NCBI GenBank assembly: GCA_963529535.1
Contig: CAUSAK010000018.1
Coordinates: 7,437-31,436, forward strand
Reading direction: 5' to 3'
DNA length: 24,000 bases
Origin: an uncultured Granulicatella sp.
GTDB taxonomy: Bacteria; Bacillota; Bacilli; Lactobacillales; Aerococcaceae
The stretch's first letter is position 1; every line of letters starts with the position of its first letter. Under the pieces are notes generated by a model. That model was not told where the DNA came from and did no database searches. It saw only the letters and a list, made by a program, of their open reading frames with translations. Positions 22,978 through 24,000 of the stretch are shown here, piece after piece. A program made the translations under genes and the position numbers.

Positions 22978-24000
22978 ATGACAAAAACAGTAGACTTAGA
23001 TTGGAATCATTTAGGATTCAGTTATATTAAAACAGACTATCGTTACATTAGCTATTATAAAGATGGTCAATGGGATAATGGAGCTTTAGTAGAAGAAAAT
23101 GTACTTCATATTAGTGAAGCATCAACAGCACTTCATTATGGTCAACAAGCGTTTGAAGGATTAAAAGCTTATCGTTGTAAAGATGGAAGCATTAATTTAT
23201 TCCGTCCTGACCAAAATGCGGCACGTTTTGCACGTTCTTGTACTCGTTTATTAATGCCAGAATTTCCTCAAGAACGTTTTGTTGAAGCGATTAAGGAAGT
23301 TGTTCGTGCAAATGAACATTGGATTCCACCGTATGGAACAGGCGGAAGTTTATACATTCGTCCACTAATGATTGGGATAGGCGATACAATTGGAGTGACT
23401 CCAGCTCCAGAATATATTTTCACTATTTTCGTAATGCCAGTTGGAGCTTATTTTAAAGGTGGGTTAACACCAACTAGCTTCGTAGTGAGTGAATATGACC
23501 GTGCTGCTCCTGTAGGAACAGGTGCTGCAAAAGTTGGAGGAAACTATGCCGCTAGCTTATTACCTGGTAAAGAAGCTAAAAAACGTCAATTTAGTGACTG
23601 TATTTATTTAGATCCATTGACTCATACTAAGATCGAGGAAGTTGGGGCTGCGAATTTCTTTGGAATTACAAAGGATAATCAATTCATTACGCCATATTCT
23701 CCATCTATTTTACCAAGTATTACAAAATATTCATTATTATGGTTAGCAGAACACCGTTTAGGAATGGTTGTAAAAGAAGCAGATGTATATGTCGATCGTT
23801 TAGATGAATTTGCTGAAGCTGGAGCATGTGGTACAGCAGCAGTTATTTCACCAATTGCTGGAATCCAAAATGGAGATGACTTCCATGTATTCTATTCAGA
23901 AACAGAAGTAGGACCAGTGACTCGTCGATTATATGATGAATTAGTAGGAATTCAATATGGGGATGTAGAAGCTCCAGAAGGTTGGATTCAAAAAGTATAA
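22978..24000 (+). CDS. ilvE: Branched-chain amino acid aminotransferase (fold type IV)
   Basis: 340 aa, complete, with TAA at 23998-24000. Motifs QQAFEGLKAYR, LFRPDQNAARF, GTGAAKVGGNYAAS (PLP-Lys region) and GACGTAAVI are typical of IlvE. It begins 19 nt after the lipoprotein stop. Confidence 0.95.
   Translation: MTKTVDLDWNHLGFSYIKTDYRYISYYKDGQWDNGALVEENVLHISEASTALHYGQQAFEGLKAYRCKDGSINLFRPDQNAARFARSCTRLLMPEFPQERFVEAIKEVVRANEHWIPPYGTGGSLYIRPLMIGIGDTIGVTPAPEYIFTIFVMPVGAYFKGGLTPTSFVVSEYDRAAPVGTGAAKVGGNYAASLLPGKEAKKRQFSDCIYLDPLTHTKIEEVGAANFFGITKDNQFITPYSPSILPSITKYSLLWLAEHRLGMVVKEADVYVDRLDEFAEAGACGTAAVISPIAGIQNGDDFHVFYSETEVGPVTRRLYDELVGIQYGDVEAPEGWIQKV

Noticed and set aside
1-24000. CRISPR arrays, tRNA/rRNA genes, defence-system genes (restriction, abortive infection, toxin-antitoxin) and prophage genes.
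   Set aside because: I saw no regularly spaced repeats of 25-40 nt, no cloverleaf-like or rRNA-like sequence, and no ORF with nuclease, ATPase or phage-type motifs. All long ORFs are accounted for by metabolic, transport, regulatory or surface proteins.

Overview
Chromosomal segment of a low-GC Gram-positive bacterium. It looks Lactobacillales-like, judged from an LPXTG wall protein, a PrsA lipoprotein, mevalonate-pathway genes and AGGAGG-type ribosome-binding sites; I cannot name the species. I support 19 protein-coding genes and find no rRNA, tRNA, CRISPR array, transposase or integrase. Gene order: (1) the 3' 4.3 kb of a very large LPXTG adhesin that runs off the left edge; (2) a thiolase and a GntR/FCD regulator on the minus strand, divergent from a DDAH-family guanidino hydrolase and an ArcD-like APC antiporter; (3) mvaS, ansA and rlmN; (4) a ~145-nt four-helix structured intergenic element; (5) a tightly packed 7-gene unit of PRD-type activator, M42 aminopeptidase, lactose/cellobiose-family PTS EIIA, EIIB and EIIC, M24 Xaa-Pro peptidase and PatB/MalY-type C-S lyase; (6) a LysM+3D wall protein, prsA, a small lipoprotein and ilvE. 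The best candidate for an undescribed system is the PTS-peptidase-C-S-lyase unit (12.9-20.1 kb). It is a sugar-type phosphotransferase importer wired to two peptidases and a C-S lyase, with no glycoside hydrolase. It is bracketed by two ~40-nt near-identical direct copies of one terminator hairpin, so it looks like an inserted accessory cassette. That suggests uptake and breakdown of a sugar-amino-acid or sugar-peptide conjugate, but this is inference only. Secondary leads: the GntR/DDAH/antiporter module with a palindromic operator in its promoter and an internal attenuator-like terminator; a perfect TGTWAH-N5-TGTWAH direct repeat upstream of mvaS; and the structured element after rlmN. All calls rest on reading the sequence and recognising motifs. 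No database search, HMM scan or RNA folding was run.
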